DNA of 64,000 nucleotides from Scenedesmus sp. PABB004 (taxonomy: Eukaryota): positions 1,178,001 to 1,242,000 of the forward strand of contig CM026547.1 of assembly GCA_014905635.1 (NCBI GenBank), read 5' to 3'. Position 1 is the stretch's first letter; every line of letters starts with the position of its first letter. The translations under genes were made by a program, and so were the position numbers. Positions 35,116 through 46,721 of the stretch are shown one piece after another. The notes beneath the pieces were generated by a model, which worked only from the letters and a program-made list of their open reading frames with translations, was not told where the DNA came from and made no database searches.

Positions 35116-37668
35116 ATGGCGCCGAAGCTTGGCCTGAAGCAGGCGCGCGCTCCCGCGGCCGCCGCAGCACTTCCGGACCTGCCCAATGCCGCTCCCACAC
35201 CGCTGCCGCTCGGCCGCGGCGCGGTGACGCAGGAGGAGTTCGATGAGGCCGTGAAGACAAACGTCGACGATTTTGGCATGGAGGCGCGTCCCCGGGCTGC
35301 CGCACGCCCTCCACCCGGCGTCCCCTGAGGCCCCCGCCCGCCCCCGCGCGCCGCAGGCGGAGGAGGCGGTCGCGGCGGCGATCGAGGAGTTTGAGCTGCA
35401 GGCGCGCGCCGCTGCTGCCGCGGGCGCCCGCACGCGCGCCGGCCCCCGCGGCCGAGCCGCGCCGCGCGCTCCCGCAGGGCTACAGCCTGGAGGGCATCAT
35501 CAAGACCAGCGCCGGCGGCAACACCGACAGGTGCGCGCGCGGCCGCGCGCGACGGCGCGTGCTGCGCCGCCGTCCGCTGCCCCGCCGACCCACCGCCGCG
35601 CGGCGCGGACCCGCACGCAGCCACCCCGTGGCCCTGGCCTCGCGCGAGCTGGCGGAGCTGGCCAACAACTGCGTGCCGGGCGCGGCGCAGCAGCCGGCGC
35701 AGCTGGCGGGCCTGCTGGAGCGCGTCGGCGCGCTCGCGGCGGCGCTGAAGGCGGGCGACGTGCAGCAGGCGGTCGCAGGTGCGCGCGGCGCGGCGCGAGT
35801 TCGAGGCCAGTCGGTGCAGCAGCAGCGGCGGCGGCGGCGGTGGCGGCATGCGCGCGGCCGCGCCTGACGCGTGACCCCTGCGCCTGCCCGCCTGTCACCC
35901 TCGCCTTGCTCCCTCGCCGCCGGCCACGCGCCTCCGCAGTCGCGGCCAAGGAGGGCAGCGTCGCGGCGCTGCTGGCGGCCGCAAAGTCGGGCGCGCCGGG
36001 CGCCGACGGCGCCGATGCGTCGCCCGAGCAGCGCGCGCTGCTGCTCCCCTGCCTGCGCGCGCTGCGGCTTCTCATGCAGTCGCCGGCCTGCCGCGCGGCG
36101 CTGCTCGCGGAGGGCGGCCCCGAGCTGCTGCAGGCTCTCCTGAGGGGCGCCGCCGCCGCGATGGCGGCGGAGCCCGAGCGCGGCGCCGAGGCGGCGGCGG
36201 CGACGCAGCAGCTGGCGGGCGCGGCGGCCGCGCTCGTGGAGGCGGCGAGCTGGCAGGACGAGGACGGCAAGTGCAGGTGGGCGCCGAGGGACCGCCGGGG
36301 CGGCGCGCTGCGCTGCGCGGGGCGGGCGAGCCGCAGCAGGCGAGCGGCCGCGGGCGAGCCCCCGCGGCGCCCGCGCGCGCAGGTTTGTTGACATGGGCGT
36401 CGCCGCCGACCTGCTCTCGCTGCTCTCCCTGCTCGCCGCGCCCGGCGCCGCCGACCCCGCGGCCGGGCTCGCGGCGGCGCCCGCGGCTGCGGCCGCGGCC
36501 GGCGCGGCGGCGGGCGCGCTGCGCGCGTTTGCGACCGCCGACGACGAGCGGCCGCCGGCGAGCAAGGCGTTCATGCACGCGCGCCTGCTCGCCGGCAAGC
36601 CCAACCACGCGCTGCGCGTGCTGCTGCCCGCGCTGCGCCAGCTGCAGGCGGGCCCGGAGCGCCCGCTCGGGCGCTCGTCGCGGTGCTGGGCGCCGTGCGC
36701 CAGGTGTGTGTGCGCGCGTGTGCGCGCGCGGGGGGCCGGCCGCCGGCGGCCCGGGCGCTGGCAGTCGTCGGCCCGGCCGCGCCGTGGCGCGCCGCGCCGG
36801 CGCCCGGCTGCCGCGCCGCGCCGCGCGCGCGAACGGCGGCGCCCGCCCGCGGCGTCGGCGCAGATCGCCGCCAACGACGAGATCTGCAAGGCCTTTGGCG
36901 AGGCCGGCGGCGTGGCGGCGCTGCGCGAGCTGCTCGCGTGCGCGACCGAGGAGGGCCCGCCGGAGCTCGTGCGCGCGGCCGCCGCGGCGCTGCGGCAGCT
37001 GGCCAACAGCGACGCGGTGAAGAGCGAGCTCGCAGAGGCCGGCGCGCTGGCCACGCTGCTGCGGTGAGCCCGCCGCCCGGGCCGCGGCCGCGCCGGCGGG
37101 GGCGCGCGGTCGCGCGGCTGGCTGCCGCGCGCGAGCGACGGCCGCCTCTACCCGCCGCAGGGCGGTGCGCGTGTACGCGGGGCATGCGGGCGTGCAGGAG
37201 CAGCTGCTGGGCACGCTCGTCGCGCTCGTGCTGCGCATGCCGAGCATCGCCGCGGCGGCGGCCGAGGCGGGCGCGGTGGACGTGCTGGCCGAGGTGCTCG
37301 GCGCCGCGCCGGTGATGGCGGCGGCGGCCAAGGCCGCTGCCGCGCCGAGCGGCGAGCCCGCCGCGCCCGCGGCGCCCGCCGGCGGCGGCGATGACGACGA
37401 GGACGCCGAGCAAGAGGTGGCGAGCAAGGTGTTTGGCGTCGGCGGCGGCGGCGCCGGCGGCGGCGCCGGCGCCGGCGCCGCGGTGCAGCGCCAGGCGTGC
37501 ATGGCGGTGCGCAACATGGCGGTGCGCAACCCGGAGCTGCGCCCGGCCTTCCTCGCGGCGGGCGTGGAGGAGCTGCTGCGCGGCGCGCGCGCGGCCTTCC
37601 CGGGCGCCTGCAAGGACGTCGCCGCCGCCGCGCTGCGGGACCTGGGCCTGGACAACTACAACAACTGA
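35116..37668 (+). CDS. ARMC6: Armadillo repeat-containing protein 6 homolog; first three introns have GC donors
   Basis: KQ|EEFDEAVKTNVDDFGME|AEEAVAAAIEEFELQ|GYSLEGII; ADDERPPASKAFMHAR; VQRQACMAVRNMAVRN; CKDVAAAALRDLG. Confidence 0.9.
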
Positions 37669-37803
37669 GCCCCCCGAGAGGGAGGGAGGGGCAGGCAGGC
37701 AGGCACGGCGCGGACCACGCGGTGCAGCCGCCGCGCAGGTTAACCGCGGCCGCGGCGATCCACCTGGGCGGCGCGGAGGCTCGCCCCGCCAACGCTCGCG
37801 CGC

Positions 37804-38951
37804 TCACGTGAGCGGCGCGCGCAGCACGCCGGCGACGTGCGGCGCGATCAGGCCCATGCCCTCGACCTCAAACGCCAGCAGCCCCTCGCCCGCGGGCCCG
37901 CCGCCCGCGACCGCCGCCGTCGCGCCCGCGACGCCGTCCACGCGCGTCTGCGGCACGGCGGCGCCGCCGCCGCCGGCCGAGCTCGGCCCAAAGCCGCTGC
38001 TCCGCAGCAGCGCGTCCGTCCTCCGCGTGAGATGGCAGCCGTCCGCCAGCAGCTGCTGCAGCGGGTCCAGGAGCGCCTGCTGAGCGCGCAGCCAGCCCAG
38101 CTCCGGTGCGGCGACGTGCTCCACGACCAGCAGCTGCCCGCCCGGCCGCAGCACGCGCAGCACCTCGTCCAGCGCGCGCCGCGGGCCCTCGCCCGGGAGC
38201 GAGCAGAGCACCTAGCTCGGCGAGGGTCAGGGCGCCGGCGAGGGTGAGGCGCCGGCGCGCGCGCGCGCGCGCGTGGAGAGCCGGCCAGAGCGCGCCGCGC
38301 GCTGCGCTGCCGCGCGCACCAGCGTGATGACGGCAACGTCGAAACGCCCGGCCTCAAACGGCAGCGCCGTCGCGTCGCCCGCCACGAGCGCGAGCTGCTG
38401 CTCGCCCAGCCCCGCCGCGGCAGCCGCCTCCCGCGCGTACGGCCACATCGCCGGGTTCGGCTCGAGCCCCGTCACCGCGACGCTCCCGCCGAGGTGGCGC
38501 AGGTGGCGCAGGTTGGGGCCTGCGGGCGCGGCGACCGCGCTCGGCCGGCGGCGGCGGTGGCGCCGTGCCGCTGACGCGCGTCCCGTTCAGCCCGCGCACC
38601 GGTCCCTATGCCGACCTCCAGCAGCTGCAACGGGACGTCGGCTGCGCTGTCGGCGCGCGCGCCGCGCAGCAGGCGCTCGAAAAGCGCGGCCTTGAGCGGC
38701 GCGACCGCGTGCTCGTAGTCCGCCATGCCGGCGGCCATGTTGAGCGCAAACCACGAGTCGTACCACGCCCACCGCCGGCCGCAGCCCGCGCAGCAGCAGG
38801 GCGCCGCGGCGAGGCCGAGCACCGCGCGCCGGCCGAGCGCTGCCGCTGCGGGCGCCGCCGCCGCCGCGCGAGCATCGCGCCGGCGGGGCGCGCTGAGCTG
38901 CGCCGGGCGGTGCGGCCGTGCCGGCACGTGGCGTGGCGCGCTGAGCTGCAT
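37804..38951 (-). CDS. Class I SAM methyltransferase, METTL7/TMT1-like, probably plastid-targeted
   Basis: LLEVGIGTGPNL, VTGLEPNPAM, GDATALPFEAGRFDVAVITLVLCS, EVLRVLRPGG..LVVEHV, LADGCHLTR; Arg/Ala-rich N-terminus. Confidence 0.9.
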
Positions 38952-39209
38952 GGCGGGAGGCTGCGGCGGCGGTGGGAGGCTGCGGCAGCGTTGGCGGCGT
39001 CGGCGGTGCCGCGGGTGACCGCGATCGGTTTCTGGAGTGAGGGGTGATGGGAGGGGCGGCGGGCTCAGCCGATGCGCACGCTTGCGGCGCCGCGACAGCG
39101 CCGTCGGTTTCGGCGACTGACCGTCAGTCGCTGACGGGTCTGGTCGTGCCCGCACACGTCGCCGCTCTGCCCAAGTCCCTGCATCGCAGCCGCCCGCTCC
39201 TGCACAGGC

Positions 39210-40746
39210 ATGCTACGACCCAGCCCCCGCGCCGCCGGCGGCGCGGCAGCGGCGGCGCCCGCTGCTGCGCCGTCGCCGCTCCTGCTGCGTCGCGCGCAGC
39301 GCTGCCGGCCGCGCTGCGTCGCCGACAACATGACGCCGCAGCCGGGCGTCGTAGCGGCAGCAGGAGCAGCGGCGCCGGCGCCGCAGCCGGGCGCCGCAGC
39401 GGCAGCAGGCGCAGCGGCGCCGGCGCCGCAGCCGGGCGCCGCAGCGGCAGCAGGCGCAGCGGCGCCGGCGCCAGCCGCGCCGGTCACGCGCAGCGCGTGG
39501 GTCATCCGCCGCCAGGGCGACATGGGCAGCCTGGACCTGGCGTTGGAACAGCTGCCGCCGCTGGGGCCGGGGCAGGTCCTGGTGGAGGTGCGGGCGTGGG
39601 GCCTCAACTTTGCGGACGTATTCTGTTGCCTGGGGCTCTACAAGGCCGCCCCACGGGGCGCGTTCACGCCGGGGCTGGAGCTCAGCGGCGTCGTGCTCGC
39701 GCTCGGGCCGCAGCAGGAGCAGCAGCACCAGCAGCAGCCCGGCGGCGGCGGGGCGCCCCCGCTCGCGCCCGGCGACCGCGTCCTCGGCGTCGTGCGCTTC
39801 GGCGGCTTCGTGTCGCACGCCGTGCTGGGGGCAGAGGTGCGGCGCCGGCAGCGCGCGGCCGGCGCGAGCGCAGCCGGCGCGACGGTCCAACTCACCCCGC
39901 CCACCGCTGCCCGCCGCTGCCGCAGTACCTCCGGCGCATCCCGGACGCGTGGAGCTTGGAGCAGGCCGCCGCGTTCCCTGTGCAGACGCTCACGGCGGCG
40001 TACGGGCTATGGGAGTGCGGCGGCCTCGTCCCCGGCGCGGCCGTGCTCGTGCACTCGGCCGCGGGCGGCGTGGGCATGCAGGCGCTCGCCATCCTCGCGG
40101 CGTCGGGCTCGCCCGCGCTGGGGCTGGTGGGGAGCGCCGACAAGGTGGCGCTGCTGCAGGGCCTGTACGGCGAGGCGGCCGGCGGCGGCGCGGCGCGGCC
40201 GCGCATGGAGTTTGCGGTGCGCGAGCGCGACGAGGCGGGCGCGCGCGCGCAGCTGGCGGCCTACCTCGGCCGCGCGGGGGTGGAGGGCTTTGAAGTTATC
40301 CTCGACAGCCTCGGCCCGGGGCCCTACTTCTGGCCCGCGTGGGACGCCCTGCGCGCGTGCGGCCGGCATGTGGTCTTCGGCGCCGGGTCGCTCACCCCGC
40401 GCCGGGGCGCGCCCTGCGCCCCGCGTCGCTCGCGGACACGCCGGCGGCGGTCGCCGCGCTCGCGCGGCTGGCGTGGGGCTGGCTGACGCGGCCGCGGATC
40501 GATGCAATCTCGTTACCAGGCGCAAACAAGGGCGTGGTCGGCTTCAATCTCATCCATCTTTACAAAAGGCTTGACCTGCTGGCGAGCCTGTACGATCGCG
40601 TCGAGGCCCTCGGCCTGCCGCCGCCGCACGTCGGGCGCGCGTTCGAGGGCGCCGGCGCGCTGCCCGAGGCGCTCGCGTTCCTGCAGTCGGGGCGCAGCAC
40701 CGGCAAGGTCGTCGTCAGCTTGCCAGCGCGCGGCGGCGAGCTTTGA
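39210..40746 (+). CDS. Zn-independent MDR quinone oxidoreductase/VAT-1-like; one intron; apparent frameshift near 40400
   Basis: GQVLVEVRAWGLNFAD...GLY, TPGLELSGVV, PGDRV, AAAFPVQTLTA, VLVHSAAGGVG, NKGVVGFNL, LQSGRSTGKVVV. Confidence 0.9.
39336..39470 (+). repeat. 45-bp tandem repeat x3 encoding PQPG(VV/AA)AAAGAAAPA
   Basis: Three near-identical 45-nt units. Confidence 0.9.
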
Positions 40747-40958
40747 ACCGCGCGGTTTCGTCATGCAGCTTCCCGCCTTGCCTTGAGCTCGCGACAGCTC
40801 TCCCTGCGCCTCCGCCGAGCTCAGCAGCGCGCACAGATTCGCCAGAAGCTGCCGCTGCTGCCGCGCCGCACCCGCCGCTCGGCGCCGCGCCGCTGTCCGC
40901 CTGCCCCCCGCGCCACGCCACGCCCCGGCCCCGACGCTGGCAGCCGCAGCAGTGGCTC

Positions 40959-42322
40959 ATGCTGCGCGCGAGCGCGGCGGCGTTCGTGCCGTCCGCTCCG
41001 GCGCAGCAGGAGCAGCAGCAGCAGCAGGATGAGCAGCACCCGGAGCTGGAGCAGCCCTGGTGGGGTGGCGAGGACGGCGACGACGACGCCTGCGCGGCGG
41101 GCTGGTCGAGCGCCGCCGGCGACTGGGCCGACGCGGCGGTCGCCGACGCGCGAGCTGGCTGGGGCAGTGGCGGCGGCGACGACGACGCGGGCGGCGACGC
41201 GGCCGCCACAGGCGACTGGGCGGGGCTCGTCTCGAGCAACGCCGGCGCCGGCGCCGCGAACGCGCTCGCGCTGCTGCGCGAGTGGTTCCCCACGCAGCCG
41301 GCGCCGCTGTTGGCGCAGCTGCTCGACGCGTGCGGCGGCGACGTCCTAGAGACGCTGGGCATCCTGGGACAGCTGGAGCAGGAGCAGGAGCAGGCCGCGG
41401 ACGCCGAGCGCGCCGCCGCGGAGGCGCGGAGCGCCGCGGCGGCGGCCGCCGCAGCGGCGGCGGAGGCCGCACCGGCCGCACCGGCCGCGCCGGCCCCGCG
41501 CGCGCCGCCGCCGGGGTTCACGCTGCAGACAGAGGGCTTCCCCGACCTCGCGGCGGCCGCGCAGCAGCAGCAGTCGAAGCGCGCGCAGCGCGCTGTGGCC
41601 GCCGGCGGCGGCGGCGGCACGTACGGCAGCCCCGGCGCGCCGCCGCCCGGCAGCTGGGCGGCGGTCGCGGGCAGGGCGGCCGCGGCCGCTGCCGCGGCGG
41701 CGGCGGCCGGGGCGAGCGCGGCGGCGGGCCGGCCCGCGTCCGCCGCCGGCGGCGCGCGCGTGGCAGGCCCGCGCCAGCCGCGGGCGGCGGCCGCGCCGCC
41801 GCCGCGGGCGTGCCGTGGGTGTCGACGGGCGAGGCCGTCGCGGCCGAGTATGCCCGCGCGCGCGCCGAGGCGCGGGACTACGCCCGCCTGCGCAACGTGT
41901 GCTTCGAGCAGGCCACGCGCGCGTTCCTGGCGGGCGACAAGGCGCTCGCACGCGAGCTCAGCCGCAAGGGCAAGGCCGCCGCGGAGCGCATGTTTGCCGC
42001 GCACGAGGCCGCCGCGGCGCGGCTGTTCGCCGAGCGCAACGCGCCGCTCGCACGGCGGCGCGGGGCGGCGCGGGGCGCGCCGCCGGTGGTCGACCTGCAC
42101 GGCCTGCACGTGCGCGAGGCCTGCGCGATGCTGCCGCCGCGCCTGGCCGAGCTCGCCGCGGGCGGCGCGGCCACGGCGATGGTGATCGTCGGCACGGGGC
42201 ACCACACCAAGGGCCCGCCGACGGCGCGCATCGCGCCGGCGGTCGAGGCCGCGCTCGACGCGGCCGGCCTCCGCTGGCGCGTGGTGCAGCAGGGCCTGCT
42301 GTGCGTGGAGCTGCAGCGGTGA
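40959..42322 (+). CDS. PAM2 + CUE-like + DUF1771 + Smr domain protein (CID7/Cue2-like); apparent frameshift near 41780
   Basis: N-terminal MLRASAAAFVPS (PAM2), LLREWFP...LLDACGGDV (CUE-like), VPWVSTGEAVAAEYARARAEARDYARLRNVCFEQA, VDLHGLHVREA, VIVGTGHHT. Confidence 0.88.
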
Positions 42323-42879
42323 GCATCGCAGCCGCTCGCAACTCAAGCCCCGGCCGCGTACCGCCAGCCGGCGCTGCACCGCCGCCGCCGGCGACCGCCA
42401 GACCGCCGCCCCGCCTCCGCCGCGCCGCTCGCATCCCGGCTCTTCGCTTCACGCCGCACAAGCCGGCAGCTCCCGCGCAGCCCCACGACGCTTCTGGGCG
42501 CGGGCGCTGCCGCAGCTCCCGGCATCCCGCCCCGCACGCGCGCGCCCGGCCGCCAGTGACGGCCCCGCGGCTCGCCGACACCGAGAGCATCCAGCGTCAG
42601 GCCGCCGCGCGCGTGGGGGCCGCGGTTGGTCCGTGCTGCTGCTGCGGCGCCGGCGCCGGCGCCGCCACGGGTGCGCTGCGCTGCGTCCCGCAGCGCGGAA
42701 AGGCGCTGTGCGGGCCACGTGCGGGCCACCTGCGGGCTGTCGGCACCGCGGCGGCACGCCCGCGCCGCTGCCCGATGCCGCCGCGCCGCCGCTCCTGCCG
42801 CTGCTGCTGCTGCCGCGCCCGCCGCGCCCGCCGACGCGACCGCGACCGCAACCGCGACTGCCGCCGCGCCCGCAGCCAG

Positions 42880-45275
42880 ATGGGCAACACCACCAGCGTC
42901 GCGGAGCGCGTGCACCGCGCGGCCAAGCTCAATGACGCGACAGAGCTGCGCGGCCTCGTGGCCGACATGCGCGCCAACCCGCGCCTCGACGCGCGCGCCA
43001 AGCGCGCGCTGCTCAACTGGACCGACGCCGAGGGCCGCACCGCGCTGCACTGGGCCGCGCAGCGCGGCTACCTGACTGTGGCGCAGCTGGTGCGCGGCGC
43101 GCGGCGCGCGGCGCGCGGCGCGCGGCGCACGGCGGGTGCGCGGCGCACGGCGTGCGGCGGGTGCGCGGCGTGCGGCTCACCCTGCCCGCCGTGTGCTGCC
43201 GCCCGCAGCTGCTGGAGGAGGGCGCGGACGTGCACGCCATCGCGCCCAAGCGCCCCGCGGGCGGCTCGGCGCTGGCCGAGGCGGTCGTAGGTGCGCACGC
43301 GCGCTGCCGCCCGCAGCGGCGCCGCGCCGCACGCCCGCCAGCGCCCCGCGCCCCGCGCCGCGTGCGCACCTCTCTCGCCACACACCACCCCCGCGCAGGC
43401 CGGCACGAGGCGCTCGCGGAGCTGCTGCTGCGCTTCGGGGCGGACCCGTTCACCGAGAACGGCGCGGGGCGGTGCCCGCTGGACCTGGCGCTTGAGGCCA
43501 AGGCCATCAACCTGCTGCGCGCGTTTGAGCGCCTCGCCCTCTTCAGCGGCTACGTGGGCATGAAGGCGCGTGCCGGCAGCGGCCACGGCACGCGCCCTGG
43601 CAGCAGCAGCAGCGACGCGCGGCGGCGGCGGCGGGCCACGCGTGGCGCGGGCCTGACCGCCGCGGGCGGTGCGGTGCGCAGGTGCTGCAGCTCAAGGGGT
43701 TTAGCAACACGACCAAGGACCGCTGGGTCGTCATCGCGCCGCGCTTCACGCCGCCGACGCAGCGCAGCGGCGGCGTGGGCCTGGTGCGGGTGATGATGCT
43801 CATCTACCGGTGAGACTCCCTAAACCCCTAAACCCTTTGACCCCTGAGCCCCGGCCCAGCGCTGCGCGGCGGCGGGGAGGCTGGGAGCGGGGGAGCGGGG
43901 TGCGGCGGCCCGCGCACGCGCGCGCGCCCCGACGCGCCGCGCCGCGCCCGGCGCCGCCCGCAGCAACGCGGGCGAGGCGGAGCCGCGCACGCGCGTGTGG
44001 CTCGACGGCGCGACGCTGCACCGCGCGGGCGGCGAGGCGGTGCTGCGGCTGCACCCCAACCACGAGCAGCCGCGCAACGCGTACACCAAGTTTGACGGCG
44101 GCTGGCTGATGTTCTTCCGCCAGGCCAGCGCCGGCGCGGGCTCGCCCGCCGCCGCCGGCGCGCCCGGCTCGGCGGCGGCGAGCGCGGCCGCGGCCTTCGC
44201 AGCGCTCATGGCGGTGTGCACCCGCCCGCTGGACCACCTGCAGGCGCAGCAGCAGCTGCGCGCGAGCGGCGCGGCGCCGCTGCCGCCGCCGCTCGACCCC
44301 TTTGGCGCCGCGGCGGCGGTGGCCGCCGTCGCCGCAGGGCCCACGGGCGGCGTGCCCGCGCCCAACCCCTGGCACCAGCAGCAGCAGCAGCAGCACCAGC
44401 AGCAGCAGCAGCAGCACCAGCACCAGCACCAGCACCAGCACCAGCACCAGCACCAGCAGCAGCACCAGCAGCCACAGCAGCAGCGGCCGGCCGTGTTCAG
44501 CGTCTCGGGCGGCAGCGGCGCAGCCAGCCCGGCGGCCAGCACCCCCGGCTTTGCCGGCGGCATGTCGCCGCTGCGCCAGCAGCAGCAGCAGCTGCAGCAG
44601 CAGCAGTCGCCGCAGCCGCCGCCGCAGCCCTACCCCAACGCGGGCTGGCAGGTGCGGCCGGCGGGCGCGCCGCCGCCCGCGGCGCAGGGCGCGCCGCCCG
44701 TCGCAGCGGCGGCGGCGAGCGGCGAGCTGGCGCTGACGGCGGCGCCAGGCGAGAGCGACGAGGCGTTTGCCGCTCGCCTCGCCAGCATGCTCGCCGGGGG
44801 CACCCCGCCCGCGTCGGCAGCGCCGAGCGCGCTCGGCAGCCGGTCCGGCAGCCGCGTGGGCAGCGCCCTGGGCCCGCTCGCGGCGGGCCGCGTGGGCAGC
44901 AGCGTGGCCGAGGCCTCGCCGCCGCCGTCCGGCGCCGCCACGCCGTCCGCGCCGCCCGCCGGGCTGCCGGCGCCCGCCGACAACCCCTTCTCAGCAGCAC
45001 GGCCCGCGGCGGTGCCCGCACCTGCGCTCGCGCCCCCGCCCGCGCTCGCGCCGCCCGCGGCGTCCGCGCCGAGCGCAGCGGGCGACGCCGGCGCCGCTGA
45101 GGGGTCGGACGCGGAGCTGTGCGTGATCTGCCTGAGCAGCGCGCGCGAGGTGGGCTTCCTGCACGGCGCGAGTGTGCACAAGTGCGTGTGCCGCGAGTGC
45201 GCGGCGCTCGTGCGCGTCGGCGCGCCCTGCCCGATGTGCCGGCAGTCCATTGAGCGCGTCATCGGCGTGTATTGA
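42880..45275 (+). CDS. Ankyrin-repeat + C-terminal RING E3 ligase (XBAT34/35-like) with an N-myristoylation motif
   Basis: MGNTTS; EGRTALHWAAQRGY, LLEEGADV, LLLRFGADPF; FSGYV..RWVVIAP; CVICL...HGASVHKCVCRECA...CPMCRQSIERVIGVY. Confidence 0.87.
43818..43852 (+). repeat. Degenerate plant-type telomere repeats (CCCTAAA) inside an intron
   Basis: CCCTAAA-C-CCCTAAA-CCCTTTGA-CCCCTGAG-CCCC. Confidence 0.55.
44373..44483 (+). repeat. CAG/CAC microsatellite encoding a Gln/His tract
   Basis: (CAG)n and (CACCAG)n runs. Confidence 0.9.
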
Positions 45276-45553
45276 AGCGAGCGCGTGTGTGTGGGGTGGG
45301 TGCGGGCCTGCATCCTGTCGCGGCGGCGCACGGCGCGCCAGCCGCATCATGACGCGGCGCGCTCGGCCGCCTGCCAGGAGCGAGCGGTGCTTGCGCGCGC
45401 GTTGACCTCGCGCTGCGGTCGCGGCCGAGCCCCGTTGCAACCGCCTCGGCGACTCCGTGTTACCCGTCGCCGCGAGTGCGCGCCCGCGCCGCCGCCGCTG
45501 CGGGCTCGCGCGCTGGCCCGGCAGCCTGCCGGGCCGCGTGCACGCCTGCGCGC

Positions 45554-46417
45554 TCACAGGCTCTGGCGGTACATGTCCTCCATGTCCAGCTTCACGCCGC
45601 TCAGCCGGATGTGCCGCCGCGCGCGGTCCATCGCGGCGACGTAAAACGGCTGCAGCGTCCCGATCTGACGCGCCGTCTCGGGCAGCGCGTGGCCGTGCTC
45701 CAGCAGCGCGACGTAGCCCGCCACGCCCACGGCGTAGCCCTTGACCGTGGCGTTGAGCACGCGGCCCATGACCAGCCGGCCGCCGCGCATGCGCGCCGCG
45801 AGCTCCTCCCACACCAGCTTGGCGCGCACGTCGTGCGGCACGCCCACGGGGTCGAGCTGCGCGTCGCCGTACGGCGTCGACAGCGCGGAGAGGCGCAGCT
45901 TCACGTAGTCCCCCGGCCGCAGCTCGCCCGCGCCGGCGCCGGCGCGGCCGCGCCACGCCGCGGGCCGCCCGTCGGCGTCGAGCGGCGCCGCGGTGCCGAG
46001 CTCGGAGCGCGGCACCCAGTTGAGCCCGTGATACCCCGGGTCCACGAGCACCTGCTTCGGCGCGACACGCAGCACGCGTGCGAGCACGACCTGGCCGCCC
46101 AGCCCCGGCTGGCTGATGTTGAAGCGGCGAAAGATCGCGAGCGACTCGAGCTGCGCCGCGTCGAGCGCGCGGTCGCCGCATGTGGTGCTGCGCGGCAGCA
46201 TGTCCGCGTCGCCCGGCGGCGGCTGCACCACCGAGCCCGCCAGGTCGGCCGCCGTCGCGGCGCCGCCGTAGGCGCGGCGGCCGGCCGCCGCCGCCGCCGC
46301 TGCTGCTGCTGCCGCTGCTGCCGCGGCGCCGCCGCCGCCGCCGGCTCGCTGCGGGCAGCAGCAGCCCAGCAGCAGCGCCGCCGTGGCCTGCCGGCCCGCC
46401 AGCAGCGCAGGCAGCAT
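45554..46417 (-). CDS. S1-domain protein, probable mitochondrial ribosomal protein bS1m; intronless
   Basis: Presequence ending ...RRAY; S1 repeats GQVVLARVLRVAPKQVLVDPG, TPYGD, VWEEL...VMGRVLNATVKGYAVGVAGYVALL. Confidence 0.78.
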   Translation of the reverse strand: MLPALLAGRQATAALLLGCCCPQRAGGGGGAAAAAAAAAAAAAAAGRRAYGGAATAADLAGSVVQPPPGDADMLPRSTTCGDRALDAAQLESLAIFRRFNISQPGLGGQVVLARVLRVAPKQVLVDPGYHGLNWVPRSELGTAAPLDADGRPAAWRGRAGAGAGELRPGDYVKLRLSALSTPYGDAQLDPVGVPHDVRAKLVWEELAARMRGGRLVMGRVLNATVKGYAVGVAGYVALLEHGHALPETARQIGTLQPFYVAAMDRARRHIRLSGVKLDMEDMYRQSL

Positions 46418-46721
46418 GGCGCGCGCGCGGACGGCTCGGGGGGCGACGCAATCTGCGCACACAGGCGATGGCGCGGCCCACGCGCGATTCTCTCGAACAG
46501 GCGGCCTGGCTGCTGCGCGGTGTGCACAACGCGGTGCACGGCCGTGCGCTGAGAACGAGCAGGGCATCGACTCGCGAGGGGCGCGTCCGCGGGGCTTCGC
46601 CTGCCGCCGCTGCGCCGCAGCTGGTGCGCCGCCGTCCACGCGGCCCTCACACACACGCCAGGCCCGCCGCCCCGTGCTGCCGCTGCCGATCCAAACCAGC
46701 AGCCGCCGGATCGCACACAGC

